Below, piece after piece: positions 38,552 through 50,032 of a stretch of DNA of 64,000 nt. The notes under the pieces are model-generated. The model had not been told where the DNA came from and made no database searches. It was given only the letters and a program-made list of their open reading frames with translations. The DNA is from Paraphysomonas bandaiensis. Lineage: Eukaryota; Protista; Chrysophyceae. The stretch covers positions 62,001 to 126,000 of the forward strand of contig CBFFRP010000348.1 of NCBI GenBank assembly GCA_965644295.1, in the 5' to 3' direction. The position numbers and the translations under genes were made by a program. How positions within the stretch are numbered: the first letter of the stretch is position 1; the number at the start of each line of letters is the position of its first letter.

Positions 38552-39003
38552 TTTTCAGCGCCACGCATTAAGGAAAATCTTATCATGTTTTGTTGTACAG
38601 GACCTTAACCTCATCATCAACAGTCCCGTATATTTAGAATATCTCAAGGGGTGGTTTACATCTACGACCGCCAAGTTACCCTGGCGGATATATGTAGATA
38701 TGTCTGATTCTTCATTCAAGACAAATAATAATTTATAATAATAAGGCACTATGGCTGTATTGTGTATTGTTGCATGTCTGGTTGTCATGTGGTACACATC
38801 AACTGCACATGGACGCTAAATGAAGTGGTAACAGCCATGCCAAATTCTTTACTGTAGTAATAATTCATAGATAAGTCAGTCTTTCATTAATTATTTTCTC
38901 AAAGACTCTATTTTTACAGCACGTAGTCATGCCTGTTACATTCGCATGACTCAGTCATGGTGTATGTGTATTCCTCCTGAAACTCATAGTCTATATTATC
39001 AAT
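38552..39003 (-). pseudogene. Decayed, internally deleted duplicate of the Cys-rich membrane gene and its 3' flank
   Basis: 38552-38915 copies 36251-36592, then jumps directly to 38926-39003, which matches CDS positions 36965-37044. Confidence 0.75.
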
Positions 39004-39454
39004 TGTGAACGCTGCTCATATGCGATAAGTGTGGTAAATTGAATTTAGCCGCACATTTTTATCATCTTTTCAAGTCGTTGGATTGTGTGGTCGTAAATGT
39101 GGACATATCCTGGAAAACAGCACCACCTAATAGGAAACCTGTTAAGAAAGGTACTAGGCAGCAAGGAAATCAAAATGCTAAGCAATGTCAACGAAGAACA
39201 CTTAGTTGTTGTCGTATTGATATTTTTGTAAATCATTTAGGGATCTAGATATATGTGTTTTTATTATTATTCTAATCAATATGTGTGTAGAATTATACGT
39301 AATTAATATAATCGCTTCAGAAATATATAGGCCTCATTCTTTCCAATACTTATTACTGATAGCTCTGTTAGTTTAGGATTTACTTCGAGACACTGTGCTT
39401 ATGTTAATAGTGTGTGAGCAATCTCAATACCTGTTCGGAAGTACATGTCTGTCT

Positions 39455-39925
39455 TGCCTCATTCCAAGAGCGTGCTCTAGTAAAGTGCTAGTGTTGATTA
39501 AGCTAAGTAACATATAGATTATTAATTCTTTGTGTGTCGGCACCAAGAATGCAAGTACTTGCATAGCTTATATGAGATTACGAGAAACCCTGCGCATTCT
39601 ATGGAGGCCAATGTCACACTAGACCTATACTGAGTCATGCATGGTCACGAGAAGCTCCGCGTAAACTTTGTTAGGTAATGGCGTACGCGTTACCCTACTA
39701 GGATCTGCGCGAATTACATATATATAAACCATGCATATTTATGAGAAATCCCGCGTAATTAATCTTAACAAATGTGAACACAGGTGGGGCGGCAACAGAA
39801 TCTGCGCGTGATCGATGCGGTCAGCTACGTTGATACACGGGTAGGCGGGTGGTAGAATCAGTGCTACATCTCGGTGTTCTAGGTGGTATACCAGCGAGGT
39901 CGTGCAGGTCACGCCCTCGGACTAT
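39455..39925 (+). mobile_element. Solo/partial copy of the Copia LTR-like repeat
   Basis: Colinear with 31700-32395 (e.g. CTAGACCTATACTGAGTCATGCATGGTCACGAGAAGCTCCGCGTAA is identical) and lacks the 171-bp insert. Confidence 0.7.
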
Positions 39926-40145
39926 GTATTTGTACTCAATGGTGAACTACAAATGATTCCATTCTTGTTTTAGAGAAACACTTATGTTACTAGACAAGAC
40001 ATACACATATGGTCTTGTATAACTGCACGCAGAATAGGGCATATACTCTATAACTATGATGAACCATCATAGCAATGCAATGTGCAAGATATAACTACCA
40101 ACATAATGCCTTTAAAAGCTACATATCATCAACATTCTAAACAAA

Positions 40146-42193
40146 TTAAAACGAATCGACATCCTCCACCTCCTGCTCAACAGGTACCGCACCGCCAGTC
40201 TCAGTCTTGTACCATGTCGCTAATCGCGTCCTCTTCTCCAGGGCATCAACAAAAAACACCGGTGGTCTTAATCTGTGCTCTGCGTACTCCATATCCAGTG
40301 CATTTGCCAACCGCAGCAGGTGGTGTTCATTCCAGTGATTCGCCATCATATGAAATCCAACTGGAAGCATGAGTGGGGACTTTTTCTGTTGTCCAGGTGG
40401 TACATCCTCCGAAATGTAACCCACTGGAACGCTGTATCCCGGCATGCCAATAAAATTACCCATGAAAATGTACTTCAGCAGCTTCATAGTTAGAGGAGTG
40501 TTGTTCTCGCCACTGATCTTCGCCTCGTCGGACAGCTCTGGTGGCTTCACTCCAACCGTGGGGTTAGCAATCACGGTTAGGTTATGAGTGGCATAGAGGT
40601 CACGCACATAATGGAAGGTCCACGCCCGAAGTTTTTCTGCCGATATGACCTCCAGGGCTGTCATAGTCTTTCCGAGTCCTATAGTGATCTGAGTGTTAGG
40701 TTCGAGTAGATCCCAATTGGAATGGAAGACGGTGTCGAAACCAAGGGCAAATTCTGTAGAAATCTTGATCCCATGAGAAAGACTCATCCACTGAAGGTGG
40801 GGAATACTGATATCCACAACAGTTGCTCCCTTTTTAACCAGTACCGCTACGGCCTCTTTACATTTCGCTACAACTTCAGGGTCAGCGTCGTTAAACCATT
40901 CCTCAAATATGCCAATACGAACACCAGTGAGATCTTGTGTATCTTCAAACCCAGCAGTATGAGGTGGAGGGGGGCCTCTCGCATCACCATCGTAGAGAGC
41001 CGAGTAGAAGTGTCCAGGAAGTCGATCAGCTATGAGCTCATAGGCTAATCCAACGTCCAGTGCAGAAGTCGCAAGGGGGCCTGCCTTAATCATAGTAGTG
41101 TCCGTCTTATTGTTAAAAGGAATGCGGCTAAAGGTGGCCCCCAGTCCGTGCACTCCGGACATACTAGCTGGTATGCGGATCGACCCTCCACCGTCAAATC
41201 CTATCGCCACAGGCACTATACCTGTCGCTACCGCCACTGCAGACCCGGATGAAGATCCTCCAGAGTAATGATGAGGACTGTATGCGGAGAAAGGCCCTTG
41301 GAAGTGAGCACTCCACCCAAGGGGAGTCACCCCGCCTTCAGTCATAACCGTTACTCCAAAAATTATAGCACCCGCAGCACGGAATCGAGCTACAATGGGG
41401 TCATCAGTGTGAGCCGATTTACAGGTGCTACGGTGCTGTCCATTACATATAACATGTCCACCCACGTCTATCATGTCCTTAAAAGCAACTGGAACCCCAT
41501 CAAATAAACTTAATGGCTGACCCTGTTTATGTCTCATATCAGATGCGGCGGCTTGAGCAAGCACATTTTCTGGAATGATGGAAGAGAATATATTGAGGCC
41601 AGCATTCTCAAAGTCGCGAACAGCCCGCAAAGACGATTTCATGACATCGGTTGGTGTATGCGTCCCACTGCGGTAGGCATTAGCATAGTCGTTGATTGTG
41701 CGGAACTGGTGCTTCAATGGTGTCGTCGTCATACTCTTCAGACTCACTGATGACTCCTGCTGAGCCTTTGCAATTTCCCACTCCTCATTACTTGCCCTTC
41801 CGCACACAATGAGCACACAATCAGAATACACATGTTCATATACCTGTGCACCGGGTAGTACATCGGTGTGTAGTGTACCTGTGAGGCTAAAGTACGAATA
41901 TTTTCAAGGTGATTATTATTGAGCAGAGTGCGTCTCAATAGAGGGATCATAGTCAACGCCGCTGCAGCACACGTCACTCACACACAGTAACCCATGCACT
42001 ACTTACTGCTAAATACTTCCAGGATAGTTCCAGTTGCAACAGGTGCGATCACCCCCTGCATGTCGTAGCCTCCCTTACCCAGAGACAGACCCCCTCCTGA
42101 CACTGGGAGAGTGGGAACATCTCGAGCGGTATAAAACAAATACACTGAGAGGCACACCACTATCGCAAATGCGATATTCCAGAAAGAGGGCAT
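40146..42193 (-). CDS. Fatty acid amide hydrolase-like amidase (amidase signature family), 2 introns, N-terminal TM/signal
   Basis: GVPVAFKD (catalytic Lys), GGSSSGS and [13 protein letters not shown] (Ser-cisSer). Upstream exons [13 protein letters not shown]... join by GT-AG introns. Confidence 0.9.
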
Positions 42194-42652
42194 AATGAAT
42201 AGGCTGTATGTGATATTACTCGCAGTGATGTGGGCCCCTGCACACTCTACATATACATGAGTACATGCATCCACAGCATATGCGGGTCTTCATACTATAT
42301 ATACCCACATCTACAGCAGTGTATACACTCTGTATCTCCATATGTATGTGCTGCTGATGCTGTATGTGGAAAGATATCAATACATTTCTTAAAAAGCAGG
42401 ATTTCTACAACAAAAAACTGTGTTTTTGCTGTATACGTGGTAGAGCGATGGTGTACCGTATATGGTTGGTATGTACAAATATGACGATTGAAAAATTGAA
42501 AAATACGATATTTTGTGCAAAATTTGGAGAATTTTTAGCGTACTAATATTGAAGATCGTACTATGGAGGATATTATTGGACACTGTGACTGGGCGGGTCT
42601 GGCGACTCATTCACTCTCATCTCACAATTCTCATCGCATCACCACAATAAAC

Positions 42653-44224
42653 ATGACCAAGCAACAGTCTGGAGCTATCAACGGTGATGAAGTGGATACT
42701 TATTCCACTCCCCCGCAGAAGACAGCCACTGATATCCTCTTCACTTATGTGAAGTACATCATCTCGTCTGGCCTCACTATGACATACGTCGTTTACATTC
42801 TATGGGGCATATGGACGAATCAAGCAGTGTTGCCGGGACCATCTATTGCCCATTTCTTGATCTTTCTCTTCTGTATGACGTTGGTCGCTTATCTGGAGGG
42901 TCTGCAGGTTGCAATCTTAGCTGTTGAGCACACTGATCCGGAGAAATACCGAGAGTCACACCCTCGTGCGTACGAACTAATTTCTTCCGTCAAAAAGGGA
43001 AACAATGTTGAGCGATTTCTTGTTGGTCGTCAGTTTTTTACTGTTTTCGTCATGACTCTCATGGCTCAAGTGACAAGCTTTCCAGAGATTTCTAAATTGG
43101 GAATTCCGTCTATCATATGGTTCATTTTCATCCAAACCGGTCTTCCTGGTGCGATGGTTGTAACCACTATTGGGTCACTTCAGCCTCAGTTGCTGGCTGC
43201 TAAAGACCCTTGGAAGTTCATGAACCTTTACGGATCGTGCGCTACTCTGTACTTGTGCTACGGCTTGGAAGTGACTGGTATCTGCACACATTTCGCTTGG
43301 ATGCTCATCAACATTCTTCGCAACACTGTTTTTATCACAGATCAGAAACCGAAGAAGCATCAAAAGGAGCTCACTTTGCAGGACTATGTTCTTGAGGGAG
43401 CCAAGTATGTGGTGTCCACCTGTGTGATTTTGACGTATATGACCTACCTAATGTGGGGCATCTGGACTGGGCAGGCCGTATTGCCTGTTCCGCATATCGC
43501 TGTTTTTATCGTTTTCTGCTGCTGTATCCTCTTTCTCGCTCACCTAGAGGGTCTTCAAGTTGCTATTCTGGTTGCAGAGGCTAAGGACCCGGAGCCATAT
43601 GCCCAGACTCACCCTCGAGCCTATTCTCTCATGAAGAGAGCTACTTACGAGAAAAACGTCCGCCGATTCCTAATCGGAAGACAGTTCTTCGTCATATTCG
43701 TAGTGTTTCTGATTAATCAATGTACTATATTTCCCTCTATTTCTAATTTGGGTATTAACAAAGTGGTCTGGTTCGTGTTTGTCCAGTTGGGATTTCCCAC
43801 CGCTCTCAACATTCTCTGCTTCGCACAGCTGCCTGCTCAGTTGTTGGGTAACCAGGATCCTTGGATGTTTATGAACCGTTTCGGCCCTCGCTGTACTCTT
43901 GAGGTGTGCCTGTTCACGGAGATGACTGGACTGGCACACTTCAGTTGGGTGGTGACATCATTTTCTAAGGCCACCTGGTTCCCTATAACTGCTAGTGCAA
44001 TCTCTGAAATCGAGCAGTACAAAGACCTAGAGAGTATTAAATCACCCAACTGTAACTCAGCGGCTGCCACAGATGATGTGACTTCTGCTGCCCCTACTGC
44101 TACTGTTCAAGAGTATGACTCTGTTCCCGAGGCAGATCTCTCCACCGAGGAACTCGACCTAGAGATGCACTCCAACCTCGGCAGGTTTCTCAAGTCATTT
44201 AGAATTCCAACAGGAAAGAACTAG
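42653..44224 (+). CDS. SIT: Silicon transporter (10-TM SIT: two tandem SIT-L units), intronless
   Basis: Two copies each of EGLQ and GRQF, plus HPRAY and (G/A)xLxxQ. About 5 hydrophobic segments per half. An in-frame upstream ATG exists at 42563. Confidence 0.9.
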   Translation: MTKQQSGAINGDEVDTYSTPPQKTATDILFTYVKYIISSGLTMTYVVYILWGIWTNQAVLPGPSIAHFLIFLFCMTLVAYLEGLQVAILAVEHTDPEKYRESHPRAYELISSVKKGNNVERFLVGRQFFTVFVMTLMAQVTSFPEISKLGIPSIIWFIFIQTGLPGAMVVTTIGSLQPQLLAAKDPWKFMNLYGSCATLYLCYGLEVTGICTHFAWMLINILRNTVFITDQKPKKHQKELTLQDYVLEGAKYVVSTCVILTYMTYLMWGIWTGQAVLPVPHIAVFIVFCCCILFLAHLEGLQVAILVAEAKDPEPYAQTHPRAYSLMKRATYEKNVRRFLIGRQFFVIFVVFLINQCTIFPSISNLGINKVVWFVFVQLGFPTALNILCFAQLPAQLLGNQDPWMFMNRFGPRCTLEVCLFTEMTGLAHFSWVVTSFSKATWFPITASAISEIEQYKDLESIKSPNCNSAAATDDVTSAAPTATVQEYDSVPEADLSTEELDLEMHSNLGRFLKSFRIPTGKN

Positions 44225-44708
44225 GCTAACTATACTACATATGCATGAGTTAGTTTTGTGAATAGATAATTGAGCGCTATGCCGCTTATATTATTTCATA
44301 TGCTATAGCTTTAACAGCTTGCACTGGTAATATATTATGTTCTTTTTCAACGGAGCAAGCTGATATGAGTGAAGTCAATCTATGTCACTATTCATGATTT
44401 CTGTATACAATAGTCAATTGTTTGTGCGTCATTACATTAGGGTGTAAAAGTAGTTAGAATATATTGCGACAACAGATGTAGTATGATTTATGAACGATAA
44501 GAATATTGGTAAATTACTGCTGATGATTAGGCTGCGTAACACAGGTTTCACACGAGTCATAACTTGCTATATCTAATCATTGACACAGCCTCATCGCTAT
44601 TTGATTAGTTAACATATGGTGACGTCGCCATACAATGCATATACAAGACTTGGTCATTCTATTAAGACCTTAGCATTCTTGTTGATTATATGATTCTCTT
44701 TTATTGTA

Positions 44709-46262
44709 TTAAGTTGGGAGAGAACCCGTGAGTGATATACTACCATAGTTAGTGGCCCTAGTCTCGCGGTTACGTGGGTGTTCAGCAGTATCGCGGCAGT
44801 GACAAAATGACGGCTCTGACAAATCGACAGAGATAGTTCTAGATGACAGTGAATTCCTTTGCTTCGACAACTCTGGGAGACATGGCTTACTAACGATGTT
44901 ACGTTCATCCGGACTTAACCTTTCATTAGGGAACAATGGAACAGAATGTACAAACGACTGTGGACAGCATGATGTCGATTGAGATTTGAATCTCGGGTGC
45001 TCCAGATGTCGCTTGTAAAAATGTTTACGCAAGTTTGCAGCGTGATTAAACTCTGCTAAAGTCTTCCATCGGATAACACCCGGCATAGATGGCGAATATT
45101 GCCTTCGATGGCTGCGGAGAAGGTCAGACTTACTTAACGCGCCCACAAATTCATTGGAGCTATTTTCTTTGCCACTAACTTCGCTAATAAGGCTCGACGT
45201 CTCCTCGCCGTTACTTCTATTAAAACTGAGTTCCTCTGTTTCACCAGACAAGTTGTTAGATGTGGAACTAGGAACATCCGTATCCGACATTAAATTATAT
45301 CTAGCAAGCATTTTCTTATTAAGTTGCCCATCGGAGGAGTCATCGATCTCGTCGAATACATCTTTTATCTGTTGCAGATCATCCGATGTAATACGCCGCA
45401 ACCTTAGGAGCTCCAAAATTGTGAATTCTTCCAGGCTAATTAGTTCATCCTTGGAAAAGAGGTTCGCGGCGAAGTGATACTCCTCTTCGCTCATGGGACT
45501 GTATATGATGCTCTTCTCGTGTTCGCGTACACTTCTTTCTATCATCAAACTTGCAAAATGACCCAGTGCTAAGGTGAATAGTGGATAGCCAACTATCACG
45601 TATATTATTAACACCGTTTCTCGGAAAGGGCCAATTTCACAATCTGTATCATCGTTTCCGTAGCATGGAGGACCAACCATGCAGGCCCCACCTATGGTAC
45701 TTATTGCAAAGAACAGAGAGAATTGAAATGACCACCGCTCATATATTACACCGTATGTGGTACCAACACCAATCCAACCAGCAACAGCTGCAGCTGACAT
45801 ATATTTATACCTGTGCTCATTCCAGCCAGTGATATGTAAAACCCAATCCATTTTACGGTGGTTGGTATCACTACTTTCGTTCTTATTAGAATCATCAAAA
45901 TATAGAGATAACTTACGCCGCTCCCTTGCAGCAATCTGTGGAGCACGAGATATCATGACACCAATATACGTGCCGACAATACCCGTCAGAACAAACACAC
46001 CATACACGTAATAGAGTATAGTGAACGCATCTGCGGTGTCACTCTTGTTCCCAGGAACCATGTAAAGAATCCCTAATAAGGTGTTTATGGCATAGAAGAC
46101 TGATGTTGATAGCGGCCAGTCATTGGCGATCTTATAGAAGCATACTCCGACCAGCAGAGAGACTATCGCTATAGCTGGAGCCCTCCATAGTCTATGCCGA
46201 CACCATCTGGACGAGAGAGATACATCGTCATCGTCACAGGAGGACATTGATTCACTTGACAT
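44709..46262 (-). CDS. Two-pore K+ channel-like protein (TPK-type, 4 TM / 2 P, C-terminal EF-hands) with atypical filters
   Basis: TM-pore helix-TM arrangement twice (WPLSTSVFYAINT; WSFQFSLFFAIST). EF-like ISLEEFTILELLRL and FDEIDDSSDGQL, as in plant TPKs. Confidence 0.75.
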   Translation of the reverse strand: MSSESMSSCDDDDVSLSSRWCRHRLWRAPAIAIVSLLVGVCFYKIANDWPLSTSVFYAINTLLGILYMVPGNKSDTADAFTILYYVYGVFVLTGIVGTYIGVMISRAPQIAARERRKLSLYFDDSNKNESSDTNHRKMDWVLHITGWNEHRYKYMSAAAVAGWIGVGTTYGVIYERWSFQFSLFFAISTIGGACMVGPPCYGNDDTDCEIGPFRETVLIIYVIVGYPLFTLALGHFASLMIERSVREHEKSIIYSPMSEEEYHFAANLFSKDELISLEEFTILELLRLRRITSDDLQQIKDVFDEIDDSSDGQLNKKMLARYNLMSDTDVPSSTSNNLSGETEELSFNRSNGEETSSLISEVSGKENSSNEFVGALSKSDLLRSHRRQYSPSMPGVIRWKTLAEFNHAANLRKHFYKRHLEHPRFKSQSTSCCPQSFVHSVPLFPNERLSPDERNIVSKPCLPELSKQRNSLSSRTISVDLSEPSFCHCRDTAEHPRNRETRATNYGSISLTGSLPT

Positions 46263-47661
46263 CAATACTTCCCGCAGATAAAGCCGATGTCAGGAAGTAT
46301 GAGTTCACAGGGGCTGCTGTGGCCTTGTTCTGTTCTTCTGACATACATACATATCCATATCCACATACACATACACCTTCAGTGCAGTGTACAGCACTGT
46401 AGGCAAAGCAAAAAGAGGATTTTCAGGAATGTGTATCTCAATATCCTGATATTTAGGGTTGTATTCTTGTTTTATGCAATGTACAGTGTTTGTACAGCAG
46501 ATACACTCCTATGCATCACATGCAGTAGCTGTAACTGTAACACAACTATGGAAAGAGCGATATGTATGGTATATACATTGAAAGGTACAGGAACTTGCTG
46601 GGAGCAACATAATCACACAGAGAGGTCAACTCTGAGAGGAACTAGATGTGTGTGGCTGCGATGATTACGTTTCTATGCTATACTAATGAAACCAGTGGTG
46701 AGAGAGGTGATCTGTAGCTGTAGGTATGCGCATATATACGACATCTTGACAATAGCCACCTGTTTAGAACAGAATTACTGCTCCATTCTGAGCGCGTACT
46801 TAGGTAGATCCGGGTGGGGGCCGAGTGGGGGTCTAACTAATACTTGATTAACTCACATATGTTATTTGCTAGCTACCTACTGAAATCAACTAGCTACATA
46901 ATTATCTCACAGTTTTTAGCGCTGAATAAGCAGTGAGAACCCAGGTGGGGAAGAACTGAACTAAGCAATGTGTACACAGGTAGAGGTGCGCGGTCGCAAC
47001 ACTCAGCAGCATTCACTAGACGGTCAAACGCGGTGATTAGTTACTCTGTCAATATGAGGCAGTTACATGTCATTAGAGTACAATTAAACATAGGGAGAAG
47101 AAATATATCTCTAGTGGTGGTGTTGAGATGCTGCAGAGACTCTTCTTAGTGCTCTGTATCTGGAGCATGGTGCTACCCACTCACCACTGCAACTAAAATG
47201 ACTTCAAACTCGAAATGTTTTCCTCATTGCAGTGTCTGTCTGTGTAGTTGTCGTCAGGAATTTGCCCTGTCGTATATTTCGTATTTCCATGTTGAGATGA
47301 GAGTGTTTTCACTTATCTCTAAGAGTATTCACCTTTGAAGCAATGGCTAAAGGGGGTTGTGTTCCAGTGGTCTGGAGTCCTGTAGAACATATATCTTCTT
47401 GGAATAAATAAACTAACCACCTCAATCAAGTTTTTATTGCAAAGAGAAGATGAGACACAATCGACATACCCCACAAATTACATGAAGCTAAGAAACGACG
47501 TTAAATACTATACAGAGGAAGCAAGTGTAGATATAATTTAGTATAGAGCGTTATATCTCTCACTGGATGACACTTTCTTACTTGACTGCTCTACATGTTA
47601 AGTATCTATATACAACAGTACAACAGAACGCATAGTGCACTTCCCTTCAAAAGACGTTGAA

Positions 47662-47714
47662 CTAACCAAGTACAGGCATATTTACAACACTGGACCGATG
47701 AACTCAACACGAAC
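47662..47714 (+). repeat. 53-bp perfect direct repeat, left copy (duplicate of DIS3L2 3' end)
   Basis: CTAACCAAGTACAGGCATATTTACAACACTGGACCGATGAACTCAACACGAAC, identical to 53754-53806. Confidence 0.95.
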
Positions 47715-48023
47715 CCCACTACATATGCACATACCAAAACACACAAAAACAAGCAACGCATTATATGCTGTATTAGTTATAGGGAAAACAATTCACTTAT
47801 GTTTTTTTACCTTTATGGACACCGAGTCCATTCAAATTGATGATATTATAGTTGCTGATGATGTTTAAGAATGTTGTTCGCATTAGCTATCTGACCTGAC
47901 TGTAACATGGGAACGAACTGCTCATCAATGCTGTTAAATAGCTAGTACTTAGTCTAATTATTAACACTTTCCATTTACTTCTTTCTAAAGCAATAAAGCA
48001 ATAGTAATCAAACCATAAATGGT

Positions 48024-48117
48024 CCATTAATGGCCATAAAAATGGTGGGATTTTTAAAATTAATGGCCATAAAAATGGGGGAAGCAATGCATCGCCATTA
48101 ATGGTTACGCAAGCCTG
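48024..48117 (-). repeat. Transposon-end-like segment: ATTAATGGCCATAAAAATGG x2 plus CAGGCTTGCG terminus (hAT-like)
   Basis: 20-mer at 48026-48045 and 48059-48078. Palindrome CCATTAATGG occurs twice. Reads CAGGCTTGCGTAACC on the minus strand from 48117. No partner end found. Confidence 0.4.
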
Positions 48118-48249
48118 ATTCTGATGACGTATAACAGCACCAAGATTCACAACGCACACACACGCTACCGTCGTCAGGGTCATCCGCTTGGGTTTGATTC
48201 TTCCCCATCGCCACTTTTATATTCCTTTAAAATCTTGAACCATTTCTTA

Positions 48250-49700
48250 CTCCTCATCACTACCTACGACTTCCTTCAAACCCTGCATAGCTCTTCATCA
48301 CTCTCCTCCATATGCATGTCCTCCCAGATTGTATCGTCATCTGTAGTTTTGCTCTCAGTATGCTGTTTCTTCCTGTGTGCAGGACGGAAAATAATACTCT
48401 GCACCCATCCATTCATGTCAAAGTTGAAGCACATCAAATCCTTGTATTAGCGTCCCCGGATTACTACAATATGACTAAGTAGGGCAGACTCTGCACTCAT
48501 GGTGGCTGTATACTTTACGGATCGTGTCTTCTTCTCCTTCTTGACAATCGCGACAGAGAGGACGCTTCTTTTCATTAATTTCTTCATATTCTGTGATAAA
48601 ATTCTGTAAATAAAGTAACCACAAATCGCCAACGATACATACCTTTGCACTGCTTCTGAAACCCTAGCATAATGTTGTGAGTGTCCGAATTGGACTTGTT
48701 CCAGGGCAAAAATCGGTTGTCTTGAGGATTTTCGGATGGTACCCCTAAGACGGCGCCTACTATGGCTACGCTGGATACGAAATTGAAGGCCTCACGGGTG
48801 CCCTCCTGCCTTCGCGCATTGATTGTGGAAGGCTTTGGCTCGATACGAGGGGAAACCATATTCAAATACTTGTATAGGGCTCCTTGGGATCCTTAAGGAA
48901 GTTGCCCTCTCCTGCTTGTTGACAGCCCCTACACTGGTCAGTGTCTTAACAAAACCCCGCCGGACGCAGAAGTGAACGAGTTCCCAGTTGCAGTGGCATC
49001 ATAGCTCACGTCGGACATGATGGCCGCACCGCTTTCGTCCGTCCACGCGGGATGGCCAGTATAGCTACGACCGGGGTCTAACCCTCTTTCTCACTTGTCC
49101 TTGGCTCTAAAAGACAGACACTTCATCATAAATACATATGCTCCGACAGAAAAGAGTTACATGAAGAACACTCCTCGACAGAAATCTGTATAAACGCATA
49201 GATAGACAAAAGTAGCTTCCTGAGGAGCATTCTTCGAGATATATTTTGCTCTCAGCAGTGCAGGTTCACACTGCATAACTGCGCAACCTTGAACCAATTA
49301 AAACCATTATTGAGGTCAACATCAGATCCATAACTGTCTTTCGACTGTGCCTTTGCAAATTTAGCTGCCTGGAGCTTGTCTATGGCGTCTTGTCGGTTCT
49401 CTTCTCGTATGCTTTTGAAGTCATGCAAAGAAGTCACTGAAAGAACACAAATCAGACATTATTCAAAAACAAGTCGTAAGAATTGCACAGCACTCGTATA
49501 TGTGAGAGTCCATCTGTATACAAACCTTTTAAGATCTTCATGATGAAAATTCAATGTAGGGATTTCGAGCAATGGTGCCGGATGTGAGGGGTACTCGACG
49601 AATTGGAACGATATAGGAAACCTTGCGATATTGAAAGAAGCAGTGAATGAAATGAAAATCTGGTTGCATATTCGTGTCCAGTGGTCCATGATTGCCATAG
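48250..49700 (-). pseudogene. Decayed intron-containing gene with PHD-like Cys cluster
   Basis: A 52-nt GT-AG intron (48642-48591) joins QKQCK|EYEEINEKKRPLCRDC...HECRVCPT*SYC. Further open fragments at 49252-49698. In-frame stops present. Confidence 0.4.
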
Positions 49701-50032
49701 AATGATAAGTGTCCAGTGTCGGGTCAGTTCAAGTGTTGCTTGTGTTAATTGTATTTCAATGTCACTGAAATGAGATAAAAATGAGAGTTTAGAACGACAT
49801 TTTTGGACTTTTTATCAAAAAACGATTGTTCGGACTTTTGAATTGTTCGGACTTTTGACGCCGGCTAGCAGTGTTGAGGAAGTGTGTAATCAGAACTTCT
49901 TCTGGTTCATCTCTCTGTGAATTCGATCTTCTTCTCAAGAAGTTGCCGCCTATGATCACGATGGAAGCTTTCATCTCAATCTTCTACCAACCAACAAAGA
50001 ATGTAATTTAATTTTATGTGGTATTGTTAACC

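Noticed and set aside
36254-38797. Paralogous minus-strand ORFs ending FLNAWR as a gene pair
   Set aside because: They lie in the duplicated 3' flank, differ by an indel and lack protein-like features. The duplication explains the similarity.
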